Position numbers and translations under genes: made by a program. The notes beneath the pieces were generated by a model. That model did not search any database. It saw only the letters and a program-made list of their open reading frames with translations, and was not told where the DNA came from. Below are positions 1 through 25,574 of a DNA stretch of 64,000 bases, one piece after another. Source of the DNA: Tubiluchus corallicola (taxonomy: Eukaryota > Animalia > Priapulida); NCBI GenBank assembly GCA_030141605.1, contig JAQGDQ010000476.1, forward strand, positions 108,589 to 172,588. The letters are read 5' to 3'. The first letter of the stretch is position 1. Each line of letters begins with the position of its first letter.

Positions 1-368
1 GACAAAGTACGAACATAATTAGCACACTGGTAAACTGAAACATTTTGTTAAAGATAAGGTAATAGCATGTAGCAGAAAAATTTGACTGTTGTCGAAATGT
101 ACTTCTAGCGAGGTACATTTTGCTAAAGGATAACTTAATAATATGGTGGAGAAATTTTGTTGGCGAAAGGTACCATTGGTGAACTAAAATATTTTGTTAA
201 AGGAATAAGGTAACAACATATAACAGAGAAATTTTCCTGGCGATATGTATCACTGGCGAACAGTACTGCCGGTGAACTGTAACACTAGCGAACTGTACCG
301 CTAGCGAACTGTACCACTGGCGGACTGTACCACTGGCGAGATGTCAACTCGCGAAGTGAGTGGATACC
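1..368. repeat. Minisatellite-bearing repeat, probably the end of a non-autonomous element; truncated by window start
   Basis: ~16-bp tandem unit (gaactgtaccRctRgc) at ~274-340; two diverged copies of a ~60-bp segment at ~26-83 and ~175-235; ends in ...gagtggatacc. Confidence 0.5.
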
Positions 369-966
369 AGAAAGGAGCCAACCACTAAACTAAAAGAAGT
401 AGTTATAAAAGTTCGGAAGTGACTTAAAAAAATATTCGTCATTTTTGTTAATCATTGTGTTATTTCATCAAAGTCTTAGCTGTAGGCACAGAAATTTGTT
501 GATCAAGTACGCCAATGCAATTCGGCATAAAGTCATTGTCACCAAATACTTCGAGATTACTTTGCTTAATAGACATTCTTGAACTGTTTTTGCTTATTAG
601 GCTATTAATTTTGCAGATTTAATATCTTTAATCATTCTATTACCATGAATTCATCAAAATAAACATTAAAAACATACGTAATACTGATTCACTTAACCTA
701 GTTGGTAGTGTTTACTACAACTAACAGGACAAAATTAAAATCCTCGCTAAAGACTAGAAAAACTGCAGTTGTTATTAGAAAGAAGAAACTGATGGCAATC
801 AATTAATAACCCAACAAGCTAAAGGTTTTAGTGGCAAAAATTAGTCATCTTTGATAGCATATTATAGCAATTGTATTTTAAAACAAACAGGTAGATGTTT
901 GTGAAAGTACAACTAGATTTGGGTTCACGTTGACAGAAAACTTCAGTAAGTAAGAAAAACAAGAAA

Positions 967-968
<2 letters not shown>

Positions 969-1030
<62 letters not shown>
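969..1030. repeat. (GA)n microsatellite
   Basis: Perfect dinucleotide run. Confidence 0.97.
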
Positions 1031-1564
<534 letters not shown>

Positions 1565-1976
1565 CTAAAATGAGTTATTATCCTACAAATACAAGATATA
1601 TTTAAGATTAGTGATTGTTCCCCAATTGCCAGTTTACCCACTCTCCGTTACGTGGAAAAAAAATCAAACAGGTATTAATTTCAACAGCACCATTTTGACT
1701 CAAAATTTATTTTGCTACATCATTTTCACACAAATACAAAGTATGGTTTTCAAGCACCAAATTTATGCGATTGTAACATGTTTTCGACTTTTAAACATGG
1801 CAATAAGAAACAGGCAAATAAAGTTTCCGACTACCGGTCAGCTTAGTGTACGGCTGTTGGCGCTGGCGCCCATGCTCTAAATGCCAAAAAGTTTACAAAC
1901 GTGTATCTGATTTTTATAAAATAAATATACATGAAACGTGAACTTTAATATAGACCTGTCATTTGGAAATCTTATT

Positions 1977-2198
1977 TTCAACAGAAATAAAATAGCCACA
2001 ACGGCCAATGAGAGTGTCATAGTTTTCTTGAAGACGTTGAATGTTTCGGCATTCTTCTTAAGCCATCGAAAGCAGAAAACTCATCGTATGCAGTCGCAGC
2101 CATAAGAATAATGCCGAAATATTCAAAGCGACTTTGTTAGTTTTGAATAAAATTAACGGATTCTGAGTGGACACTTTTGCTATTTTATTGCTGTTGAA
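1977..2198. mobile_element. Palindromic MITE/foldback element
   Basis: Outer inverted repeat 1977-1996 vs 2179-2198 (19/20) and inner inverted repeat 2037-2060 vs 2103-2126 (22/24). Confidence 0.7.
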
Positions 2199-2407
2199 CT
2201 ACAAAAGATGGCTAGCTGTAAATCTATTCCTACTTAAAGATTCGTCGACTGATTTGTGCAGGCGGCAAAAAGTTTATTTTGCTAAAAAACCTTCAATAAT
2301 AACTTAGTAATAGGCGCCTACTACGCAGAGATAGCACAGAGTTCATCAACATCTTGATTTCGTTTGCTCTTCTTTGCTAATTTCTTCAGTTCCTATTCGA
2401 AGATGTG

Positions 2408-3730
2408 TTAAAACGTCTCACAGTTTGTGGATTTGGTGTCACACATTGTACACGTACAGTACTCGGCTTCGGTGACCCTGTAGTAAGGGTCTGGATGACC
2501 TTCATCGCAGTTTTTTAATTTGACTATCCTGCTTATACGTTTCCCGTGAAGGCATACAGGATTATCGCTGATTTTGTATGGAAACTTGTAATCCCCTATC
2601 TGAAAATACATACAATGAAACATGAAATGAACGTCAGACAGTCTCCCATCAAGATAATTTTTATGAGCAAAGAACAAGAAAACGAAACCACATTGAAAAT
2701 ACAAGTGACCAGGAAGCAGTTAGCTAGGAATAACAATTTATGAACTATAAAATATTAAATACTGGACAAATGAATAGATTCAGAAACACAGTTCATCAGA
2801 AATTCAACGTGTCTTTTTGACGGAATGTTTCAAAATTTATAATTTTTTTGAAAACAACTTACACCAAAAGAAACGTGGAAACTTCGAAAATGACCACAGA
2901 CTTAAACTATAGGAAACTTCGGATTAGAAATCTAACATGACAGTTCACACGACTGAGTCTTCCAAAATTAAACAAATTATCTCTTATATTAATATTCTTG
3001 GTATATTTATTTATATATAAGATTCGAGGCTACAGCCCGGACGACGGCACCATTTGCGGCGATCTATACATCAAACGAAAGGTCTCGATCTAGTGTCGTG
3101 CCATTGATACTTTATTTTTCGAATCGGGCCCACTGGGAGGAGGGGGGGGCGAAAAACATCCAAAAATGGCCATTTTTCGGCCGTTTTTTGCAAAACTTAT
3201 ACCTCTTATTTCTGAAGAACGGGAACGGGCCGAGGGTGGTGCTGGGTATGGATAGATAGCCCGTTCAGCGGTGGGTGTAGTAGGCATAGAATTATTATTT
3301 TTGTATTCCAACAATGTATAAATTATATGGGTGACTTTACGCCACTAGAAAACTATTTTTAAATGGAAACATGTTTTTTAACAAAGCGTGCACCATGTAG
3401 CCGCTCTCACAAATTTTCATAAACAAATTGAGAGTAGACAACCAGTTTCATTCATGTAAACTATTTACGTGATGGCAGTCACATGCCTATGAGGCTTATA
3501 CACGTAGCAAGGCAGAACGCAGTTACCTCATTGGAATCGCATCGTCCCCAGCATGACATCACCGTGATGTCATCCCAGCATTCGAAGCCATTCATTGGTT
3601 TGGAGGCACGGAATGTGTATTCCCGTCTGTGACATCGTATCGTGTCTGCAGGATTAACTTTGGTTGATGTGGAGGCAGTGATGGATAATATGATGATCAA
3701 AGTGAGAAGCAATGATACAGCTGAATCATT
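2408..3730 (-). CDS. GPB5: Glycoprotein hormone beta-5 (thyrostimulin beta subunit); coding exons 3730-3527 and 2599-2408, start codon in an upstream exon (candidate ATGATG|gtaaat at 4209-4204)
   Basis: Signal-peptide-like hydrophobic stretch; 10-Cys cystine knot with CWGRCDSNE|IGDYKFPYKIS..PVC..CTCTMCDT..TNC; phase-0 GT-AG intron 3526-2600; acceptor ttcttacag at 3731. Confidence 0.92.
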
Positions 3731-4721
3731 CTGTAAGAACAGATGAAGTATAAAATGTTATCAAAGAAAGAAAAAATGCCATAGTAAGATTTTCCCAGAT
3801 TATTGTCGGCAAAAGACAAAATTTTGTGTTTGGATGTTTTTATTTTGGTCTGTGAATGTATAACTAATTTCGATTGAATGCATGTAAGACTTAAGTCAAA
3901 GAAGTTGTATAGTGAGGTATAGAAGTATAGTATAGAAGTTGTATATTGTATTGTGCGGCATGCTATTAGCCCACCCGTCACCTTTTAACTGTATCTAAGA
4001 TATATGTCAAAACATTTACTTTGGTGGAGGACGTTTTGTAAAAAGGCCAGCAAGGAGATCATTGTTAATTGTAATATGGCCGGATACAAAAATTGTCTAA
4101 TATTTTCAGAGCTGACACATTCAATAATAGTGAAATCATTATGTTGGCCTTATTACCTTACATCCTTTGACCAATACTAGATTATTTCAGATGAGTTATT
4201 TACCATCATCGGGTCACAAATGAGCCTCTTCGAGGCAGAGAAATGTTTGAAGGACAGCAATGCATAAACATGACCCAACCTATTTATTGGTTTTTATTGC
4301 CCGCCGACAAACACTTCTGGCTTATATATTACAAAGAAGATGACCTCAGGCCCACAATCAAACACAATTTACAGGACGATTAGATTTGGTTAAACGCAAT
4401 ATTTGGCTGTGTGCCCAGTGCCTAGGATGGTTTAGCAACTTTAGTTCTGAAATGTGTGCAGCGGCGTTGATCGTCTAGATTAGATTTTTTGCTTTGAAAT
4501 AAGTTTTAAACTTAAAGGGGAAGAGCAGTTACAGGACTCAATTTTAAACTATAGTTAATAATATCGTAGTTTAAAAAATATTGACAGAGACATAATTGTT
4601 TCTTAAGAGGGACTTATGAGAAAGAATTATTAGCACCGAAGTTTAATTTTAATTTCCAGTTGAACGCATTTCGCCAATCGCTACTAAGATAGATACAGAG
4701 AAAGGGGTTGTAAAAAACGTT

Positions 4722-5873
<1,152 letters not shown>

Positions 5874-7199
5874 TTGCTCTTAATGTGTAATACAGGGAAT
5901 ACATTCTATGCCATTCCATACCAATTTGTTCAAACTGAACAGTATAAAGAACTTTATAATTATTTGGACATTTGCAACTTACGGTCACTATAGTTAGCAG
6001 TGTAGATGAACACAAACTAATGCAAGATGTTTATAGGCATTTAACATTTCTTAGTAACGCAGCTAACGTTTACTTTTGTCTGTGAGGCTAAAGTCATTTA
6101 TAGTCTTCTAAGTTCTAACTAATTTGTATTTTTTTAATAAACTTTGGCTAGTCAATAAATTTTATTTTACTGTTCCTGGCAATAAGGAATTCACTAAAGT
6201 TATTGCTAGAATAGAATGATTAGAAGGATTTTGCAACTCCCGTATTTTTACATGAAGGGAATACTTGGTAAATAAGTATGTTAACATAAGACGTTGGCTT
6301 TTCAAACATTTTGAAATAATCAAAATTAGGCTACTTACGTATTTTTTAGCTTTCGTGAAAAAGAATGACGTCATCATTTTATCAATGTGTCAACGTCACA
6401 TCAGTCTGAGTTGACCCTCGCTCACCTGACGAAACTTAAGATTGTTTTCCTTACCGCGGAACGTGAAGAAATAAAGTTAAAAGCTAATATTGCTTCTCCT
6501 CACATGTTACGTGTTAATCCTCATGCTCGCGGCGTTATGAGATCCATTATTGATCTGCGTTCATCGTACGCCCCCACCTGCGTGGTACGCAAAAGCAGCT
6601 TTGGACACGTCCGAATCTCCGCCCTGGTTGAGTCCACTTTTGGGATAGGTAAGGTAGGTAACGGTGAAATAGCAAATTTCTAGATATCTTTTGTGTTTCA
6701 GTGTAAAAGATTCATTACAGCATTTAACTAATTTAATATGGGAAAAAGTTCACTGTTGCCACTTCAAGAACCTATAAAGAAACTCAGAAAAACCAACCTC
6801 ACATGAGAACCAGTTTGCACATACTTTTAGTGCACTTCGCATTTGTTTGTTCGGGTAATAAGACCGTGGGGCCACCTAGTAGCTGCTTAGCATACTACAA
6901 TGCTGAGCGTGAAAGTTAGGATTTTAAGGGGGGACGAATTTTTTAATGATTCTTGCATTCAAAACAATGAACAATTGCTATTTACACAAGACGTCAAAAC
7001 AGTGCGAAAATAATAAGACAAAATCTCTACTAACAAGCCGGTGAGATTAACCATGTCGATTATAAGGTGTGATACTAGTTTTTTTGAACGAATAGATAGA
7101 ACACTCATGCGTAAACCCAATTTTTGTGTTCATTCAGTATCACGTTCGTTTTTTATTTTCATGTCTGTTAATTGCAAGAATCTGCGTATGATACCTGAC

Positions 7200-7480
7200 G
7201 CTATTATAAGCGCACATTCTGATATACCTAATATTCATCACGTGGCATGATGATCACATACTCTTGATTGAGAACCTTTGCTAAAGGTACGCATTGGTGC
7301 ACTATAGGTCGATGGAAATCCTTTGCATAAATAGAGGGCAAATGAGAATGATACGAAGAGTATTTGTGGGTCAGAATTAGAAAGCGATGAGCACATATTT
7401 TTGAAGTGCTCTCTCAAAAAAAGGGATGAAGAATGGTCTCACATGTTGATCGAAAAAATTTGTTCCGTTTCAAAATATTG
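7200..7480 (+). mobile_element. Degenerate L1/Tx1-type LINE fragment (C-terminal zf-RVT-like motif)
   Basis: 7356-7412 translates KSICGSELESDEHIFLKCS, fitting C..E..EHIF..C; surrounding frame is broken by stops. Confidence 0.5.
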
Positions 7481-8041
7481 AAATTACTCAGTCATATAAT
7501 GAAAAAGAGTCGCAAAATTTGAGTGTGCTGACGTTCTTTCTTACCTTTTCCGCCAAGTAGCGGTTTTTAATCGCATTAATGCAAAAAGGATTGATACTGA
7601 GCTGGATAATCCAAAAAGTCAAAACACCACATTCTGTTAGAAGAACGTTGTACCAACAATAATTCTGAGGTGCGAATATTTAAGTTTGTATACTAGAAAT
7701 GGTTGTGGGTTTCATACAACATTTGTTATAGCGAATACAGAAATCTTGATTATTGTTTTGCCACACGTTTCATATTCTCGATGATTTCACTTCCATATAA
7801 ACACAACGCTCTTTGGAGAATACTGCATCCTACCCGTGTACCGAACATGTTCTTACTACTGTAATCGCATGTGCATCATACTTGCATTTAGACATTTTCA
7901 TATTACATTATCATCCTATGTGCACCCGTGCAATGTTAACAGAAACCATCATTTGGTTTCTTGAGTAGAATCAGTAGATTGTTGGCTTACGTTTCACGTG
8001 CAAATATACTTGCAAATATACGTAATCCCAAATGAACTGTT

Positions 8042-8881
8042 CTAGACCAAAGTACTTCTAAAAATCTTCTTGAAAGCTGTTCTAAATTTACTGTCTGATG
8101 CAGCATAAATAAAAGGATTAATTGCGCTGTTACAATAACCAAACCACAATAGTAAATTCAGTGTTATGTCTGAAGTACACCATGTGCATTTAGCTAGTGG
8201 TATAATGTGAAGAGGTCCCCAACAAACTACGTATGCAATGGTGACGATAAGCACTGTTTTTGTTGCTTTCATTTCCGTCACTTTTGTGCTAATTTGTTGA
8301 TTTTGATCATGAATTTGTAGAATTTGCTTCCTTGCAACTCTCCATATTACGAGATATAAAGAAAACATTACTGAAGCTGGTAAATAAAAAAGCACAAGCA
8401 GGGATCCTACATGTATGTTGGGTATAAAAGCACTCACCAGTATTAGAGAAATGAGCCATGTTGCGCATATTACAGCTATCAAGGTTCTTCTGGTCACGTG
8501 AGTGCTGTACTTGTAAGGATATAAAACAGCCATAAATCTTTCTGCGGCGATTGCACACAAATGAAGTATACTAGAACCAAGTATGACTGCAACAACCACT
8601 AGTCTCACTCGGCGGTATGTAGAGGAAAGGTTATCCAATTGTAATAATAGTGGAAACCGCGTTGGGATTGCAATAAATCCCGCTAATAAATCTGTTACAG
8701 CTAGTGACACAACCAGTGCATTCTTTCTCTCTTGTAAATGTTCATACTTATACACTGCAACCAGAACTAAAATATTACCCACAACAATGGTTATCATTAC
8801 CAATGCATACAAAACCAAAATAATTAGATAAAAATATCCATTTAAATTTGCTTCGGCAGTACTATTCCCAGCAACCATCAT
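8042..8881 (-). CDS. Single-exon rhodopsin-family (class A) GPCR, aminergic/adenosine-like orphan, 279 aa
   Basis: GN (TM1), SLAVTDLL (TM2), ERF (DRY), W4.50, FYLP (TM5), CWGP (TM6), NSAINPFIY (NPxxY), helix 8 FRTAFKKIF; N-terminal NST sequon. Confidence 0.9.
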   Translation of the reverse strand: MMVAGNSTAEANLNGYFYLIILVLYALVMITIVVGNILVLVAVYKYEHLQERKNALVVSLAVTDLLAGFIAIPTRFPLLLQLDNLSSTYRRVRLVVVAVILGSSILHLCAIAAERFMAVLYPYKYSTHVTRRTLIAVICATWLISLILVSAFIPNIHVGSLLVLFYLPASVMFSLYLVIWRVARKQILQIHDQNQQISTKVTEMKATKTVLIVTIAYVVCWGPLHIIPLAKCTWCTSDITLNLLLWFGYCNSAINPFIYAASDSKFRTAFKKIFRSTLV

Positions 8882-11800
8882 TAAAAGTTACAATAATAAC
8901 TAACAAGTTCTTCGTTTATTCAAAGTTTCAACACAGACCATAGTTAGCCAAAACTGAAGGCTATGAACTGCCTGTCTACCTACTGTAGCATTGTTTTTCA
9001 GAAGTGTAAGGTTATCGTAGTCCTGTTTGCACGTTCATACAAATGTTTTCAAACCTAGTGCGCTCATCTTCCTCAACAATTATTGTACCTACGTGCTATG
9101 TTGTTTGATGATCATTTTGACCATATATCACGCTCTTTTGTCTGTTAGAGAATGGCTTGTTGACTCTGCATATGGCCAAATTTGTTTGTGCATTATTGTT
9201 ACGATTGTTCATCCCGGACGTATTAATCGGTAGTTTTTCGATGTTTAGTTGTTAATGACAACTTTATCGCTAGACTATAATGTTAAAATTACTTAACTTG
9301 CTATCTTGCAACTATTTAGTCGTTTCTTAAGCTAGCTAAATATGTTTAAAGGAAAGGACAAGTCACTTACGATGTTGGGTTTATTTTAAATTTAGAAAAG
9401 GATGACAAAGAAATTTGCAAAAACTGTCCATAAATCATAAAGTTAATTTATACTGTCGCTGTATAGGAATTTTCAGCCGCAGTGATAGCCGTAATTCACT
9501 TGAAAATTTTGGCGTAACGGTGGACTTCGTGGCTTTCCGTAAGCGCGCGCTGCTTAAACTTATTCAGACTTTTGTAGCCTACCTAATCTTCATGCAAAAA
9601 TATCAGAAACTAGCTATCTAATGTTTTGTAAAAACTTATACTTTGATGGAAATTGACAGTGTGCTGCTTTTCTTCAGTCGATGAAGGACATCATTAATGG
9701 AAGAACAGGTGTTCAAAATGGAAGCGCCAGCGAGTAAAATGATCCCGATTAAAATGCTTTTACCAAATACACAGGGATTTATCGCACTTTTATTACTATA
9801 TCCTTCTAACATGTTTTGGTGAACATTGAAATAAGGCTAACTTCCTACAAAGACTACACCTTTTCCTTTAAGATCTTAGCCCAGACATACAAAATAACAG
9901 TTAAAAAACAACCACTCGAGGCTTGTTCCTCTAACTGCGCTTCAAAATATGATCTCTGTTTTAATATTTCTGTTTACTGCAACGTTCTTCTTATGAAAAA
10001 CTAAAGTTAGAAACTATTTCTTTCAACCTCAGCGATATTTTAACCACACACAATACTAATATATTTGAAAGTCCTACAGTGGAAATCATTTAGTATTGCT
10101 GTTGTTTCATGGTAATCTATCATACAGAGCACAGTTTTAAATATTAACAGCACAATGATATATATTATTTAATTTTAGCACAAAACAATACTATTGAGTG
10201 ATCATATTTTTGGAACCTGTATTTTACTGATGTACATCTTTCTAGCAATAGTTAGGTACATGAGCAAAAAGACCCTTACCTAACTGGCGTTTATATCAAT
10301 TACATAAATGTTACTACTGGTTCTACATTGCGTCAGCATACCTGCATCAAGCTCTTGCATATACACGTATTTCTTTTTGCAACACAGACATGAAACAACA
10401 TGACGCTTAAATAAAGAGTTTTTCTGTGCATAGATGGCGCTACAATGTAATAAAATTTAAATCTGTGGCTGCTGGTTCGAATGACTTCCATTCTGCTTGA
10501 TTTCAGGGGCTTAAATGAAAAGCATTGTTGATAAATGGAAATTTCTCATCATTTGGATGCATGAAACCATAACCGAAAAAACATCTCTACCGATACACCG
10601 TCTAAGCCATAGATTTCAGCTACAACCCTCAGTGTAATAAGTAGCCTGCTGTCGATGAGTACTGAATTCTTGCTTCAAAGTACAGAGTAGCGTAAAATAG
10701 CATTTTTTGGGACATTTAATCAATTTACATTCCTTATTTCTTTTTCAGTGGTCATTAAGTGCAGATTTTATCTTCCTTTCGTAACTACAATTATTAGATG
10801 AAATCGATTGTGTGATTACGAATTATGTATACAGTCAGGCATCCCCATATTAGCGATGTCTATGGCATAAATAGTCAAACAAGGCACTTTTAACATCACA
10901 TTTATTCACATATAGCATAAAAATTTGCAGCATTACATAAAACAACTCTATTTTAGTGCATTAATACACATACTGACAATAAATTGGGCATTAATTTACA
11001 ATTGTTCATTATTTTTTAGATCACTTGCTTTGTATAGGCATTACCAAAGGATTTTTGTGGCCCTCTACGGAATATAATTATGAACTTATATAGGAGCTAG
11101 TGCAGCTTTCATATACGTGGCTGCGTTTACATTCATGAACACAAGTACTATATTATACGTACTTCTCTAATAGATAGTCACAGATGATAATCAAATGAAT
11201 TGTCAGGGACATGTTGGCAGGTACAAGGGTTCAAGACATAGCAAATGAGTCGCTGAAATAATTGGTAAACAGCAGTGTTGTGACGGCAATGTCCTTATGT
11301 ACATAGTTACAGTAGATGAAGCATTATTAGACTTGTTGACTGACACATTAAATACTTAATGTTCCATGTACTTGTGTTTGTAAGCTGGCTAAGTATGAAT
11401 ATTTTCTGTCACATGTTTTTCCTTTAGATGAGCCCTATTATTAGCATCGCTGCTATGTATGTGTACGCCTCATTGTAGCTTCAGTGTTTGTCAACAATAA
11501 AGCAAAATTGAGGTCAGTATACAAATATATCAGGAAACTAGCATTACGTGTATAAGTATGCGTATTGTAAGAATAAAATTATGTATTTAAAATAGTATGT
11601 ACAAGTCAAAAATTCTCACTGATACTTAAATTTACATGTTTCTAATTACCAAAAGAAAATACAGCGATAAAACACTTTGTCACATCTTTCTACACAGTAT
11701 TTACACTATATTACAATAATTTAGTAATAATTAGTAAAATTAACGTGCCATAGGCCTATGTCCACATACTGGCAATGTTCTTAAATGGTACTAACTGCTA

Positions 11801-12080
11801 AAAAGCTGCTCGCATAAAAGTATTTATTTACGTTCACACAACAAAAACTTGAGTTAGTATAGTTGGTCCCAATGTTTTTGTCACATTGTTCATCTATCAC
11901 GTAATCACGCCGCACTATCTTAAAGTTCATTGCCACATCATTCACTTCTAGAGATTTATGTTTAGAAAGTGTGTATGGCTCTTTGCTCCTTTTCTAACAA
12001 CGGATCGACTAGTAAGGATAGCTATCTAGCATCTGCCAGAACGAGTGTCCATGAGTTTGTAATAAAAACGAAAATGCAAT

Positions 12081-23376
<11,296 letters not shown>

Positions 23377-23469
23377 CACGCCTCCACTTCCAAAGTTACA
23401 GATGATGTCACACGGTTGTGTCCTGCACATGTACTAGTTTGTCAAAGTTTCGTTTTAAGCCACTGTTGT

Positions 23470-23740
23470 TTAATCGCACGTGAATTTGGGATGTCCAGAT
23501 TTTAATTTCTAACACAAAATCGTTTGAACCTGCTCAGTAAAAACAGTTGCGATCTCCTACGTTGACCGTATCAAACTACGCATCGCGTCAGCTGCTGCTG
23601 GGGGTATTGTTTATCCCCGCATCACCATCTGCCCCTTGTACTGCGCGCGCGTGGCTTGGCCCGTGCCCACGACACACCTGCTCCCAAGCGTTAATAACGT
23701 TAGTCCTCTCTGTTTATGCGGCAGCTGGGCGGCTGCTGTT
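23470..23740 (-). promoter_or_regulatory. Probable Delta proximal promoter with clustered bHLH sites
   Basis: GC-rich patch upstream of the ATG with CACGTG (23477), CAGCTG (23589, 23722), GCAGGTG (23675-23681, minus) and CACGCG (23648-23653, minus). Confidence 0.55.
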
Positions 23741-25325
23741 ACTGCCGTGATGGGTTTTAAAACAGAGAGACTTTCCTTTTCACGGCACAGTGCTGTACAC
23801 TGAGGTTGGGTTCCGAGAGTTGTACCTTACGATAACTACCATTTGGTTTTTTGATAACTTTTTCCTCTTTTTGGAAACATTTAATTTCCACATTGACAGC
23901 TTTTGTTGTATTTTTTCGAGCTAAAGTTTCTGTGTCATATAGTGCTACGATTTGATATTGCGATCCAACGTAGTCAAAAAAATTTCTAATTAATTTCTGG
24001 TTTTAAGTTAAAAGATTCAATAAATTGCCTTCTACATTTTTGCATTTTATTTTGGCGTATTTGTTTTACTTTGTTTGATTTGCCGTGAGTGAGATCAGTA
24101 ATAATTGCATTGTCAGCTGAAAAACTGACTTGAGAAATTGTTACAAGTTTTTAAATTAGTATAGCTTTTATACTAGCATTATAGGATAACTACACAATTA
24201 AATTGTTGATGTAAAGCTCCATTCGTGAAAACCGTGAATACAATTTTCCATCTAGCTTCTTATACAGTTTCATTGACAACTTAGTTAAGCAAACTGACCT
24301 TGTATGTTACAATATAACGTTTGTGTAAATTTATTACTGGTATAAGTTTAGATTAATATTAATATAATATTAGCTTAGTATTAGTACAAGTTGTTATATT
24401 TTAAAAGATGATTAAGTTCCTCAACAGAATGATAACGGAAATTTTCCTGAAAACTTGTAACTAAATTTCAATATTCATAGCGCCAGATTTTATTCTACAT
24501 CTTGTGAAACGCAGAGTGTTTTTAAAAGCTCTTGAGATTATCAGAATTTTCACTTCAGACTCAACCAATACTCTTACGATTGACAATAAATGAAATAAAT
24601 GAAAACAAAATGTTGTTACCAGTTTGCATAAAGTCACCTCAATAATCGCTGCCCAAAGCACTGATTTAAATGTCCACTTTAATTGCGTTGCTTTTCGTTC
24701 ATCTAACTGCTCCCCCCGTTAATGGGACGTGCTCTGTATAAAACTGTAGCGTGGAAATCTGGCAGCTGCAGCCTAACTAGCAACAAGGCTTTTATGAAAA
24801 ACGGTGAACGTAAAACAAGCAACATCTGAAGAGCTAAGTAAATTGTTGACCTCTTTAGGGTCTCCAGCCTATTTTGTCATTCATGATTTTTTTCTTTTAT
24901 AAAGCCGACAAAGCTGTCATGAACGCAAGCTCCACGATGCATTTATTATAAAATACATTCTGTGGACCAGTTTCATGTAAACATTACTTCATGCCCTCAC
25001 TGCGCTACGCTTGTAAGCTAGCATTCATGAAGTTTCCTCACTTAATGTACATTTTTCCAAATTCAAAGTGTATTCGTCCCAATAAATATTTTCTTCACTT
25101 TGGAAAATCAGATTTGAGCACAGACTTTAGAAATCAACATCACCTCAGGCATTTCATTTCGTTATAACCTAATTAAAAATCAGTTTTTTTCACAATCAAA
25201 CATGCATGATTTTTATAAACTGTATCATGGTATAAAATTGTTGAATTACTGTTTACCATATAGTTATTTTTTAATGTTTCAGTAAAGTTTATCATGCCAT
25301 TGGGGTTTGAAGACAAGCAGGTATA

Positions 25326-25574
25326 CCAGACTCTAAATCAAAACTAAGAAAAATGGACTCGGCCACAATGGAAATCGGCGGCTTGACCGTTAGAAAATGC
25401 GGCTTAGGGGCGGGGCGTCTACAGGATTTCTTTAACGCCGCATTTATAAGTTGTTTGCCGGCAATCGCAGCCACTGTATGGGTTCCTATAAGTTCTTTTT
25501 GGGTGGATCGTAGAGAACGATGAAATCGGGGCCAAAGCGTCTGCCGCGGATTAAAAAGCAGCCTAAGAGTCTGG
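25326..25574. mobile_element. Possible MITE
   Basis: ccagactct...agagtctgg 9-bp inverted ends around a GC-richer ~250-bp segment; no clear TSD. Confidence 0.35.

Noticed and set aside
274-340. Short regular repeats resembling a CRISPR array
   Set aside because: No unique spacers, eukaryotic context, no cas genes; it is a minisatellite
3020-3330. GC-richer segment with a 74-aa ORF in the GPB5 intron
   Set aside because: Looks like a repeat fragment, but no termini, TSD or second copy could be identified
10881-10900. miR-124 seed match (GTGCCTT) and K box (TGTGAT) on the Delta strand
   Set aside because: Both lie downstream of the distal AATAAA, at or near the likely cleavage site, so probably not usable
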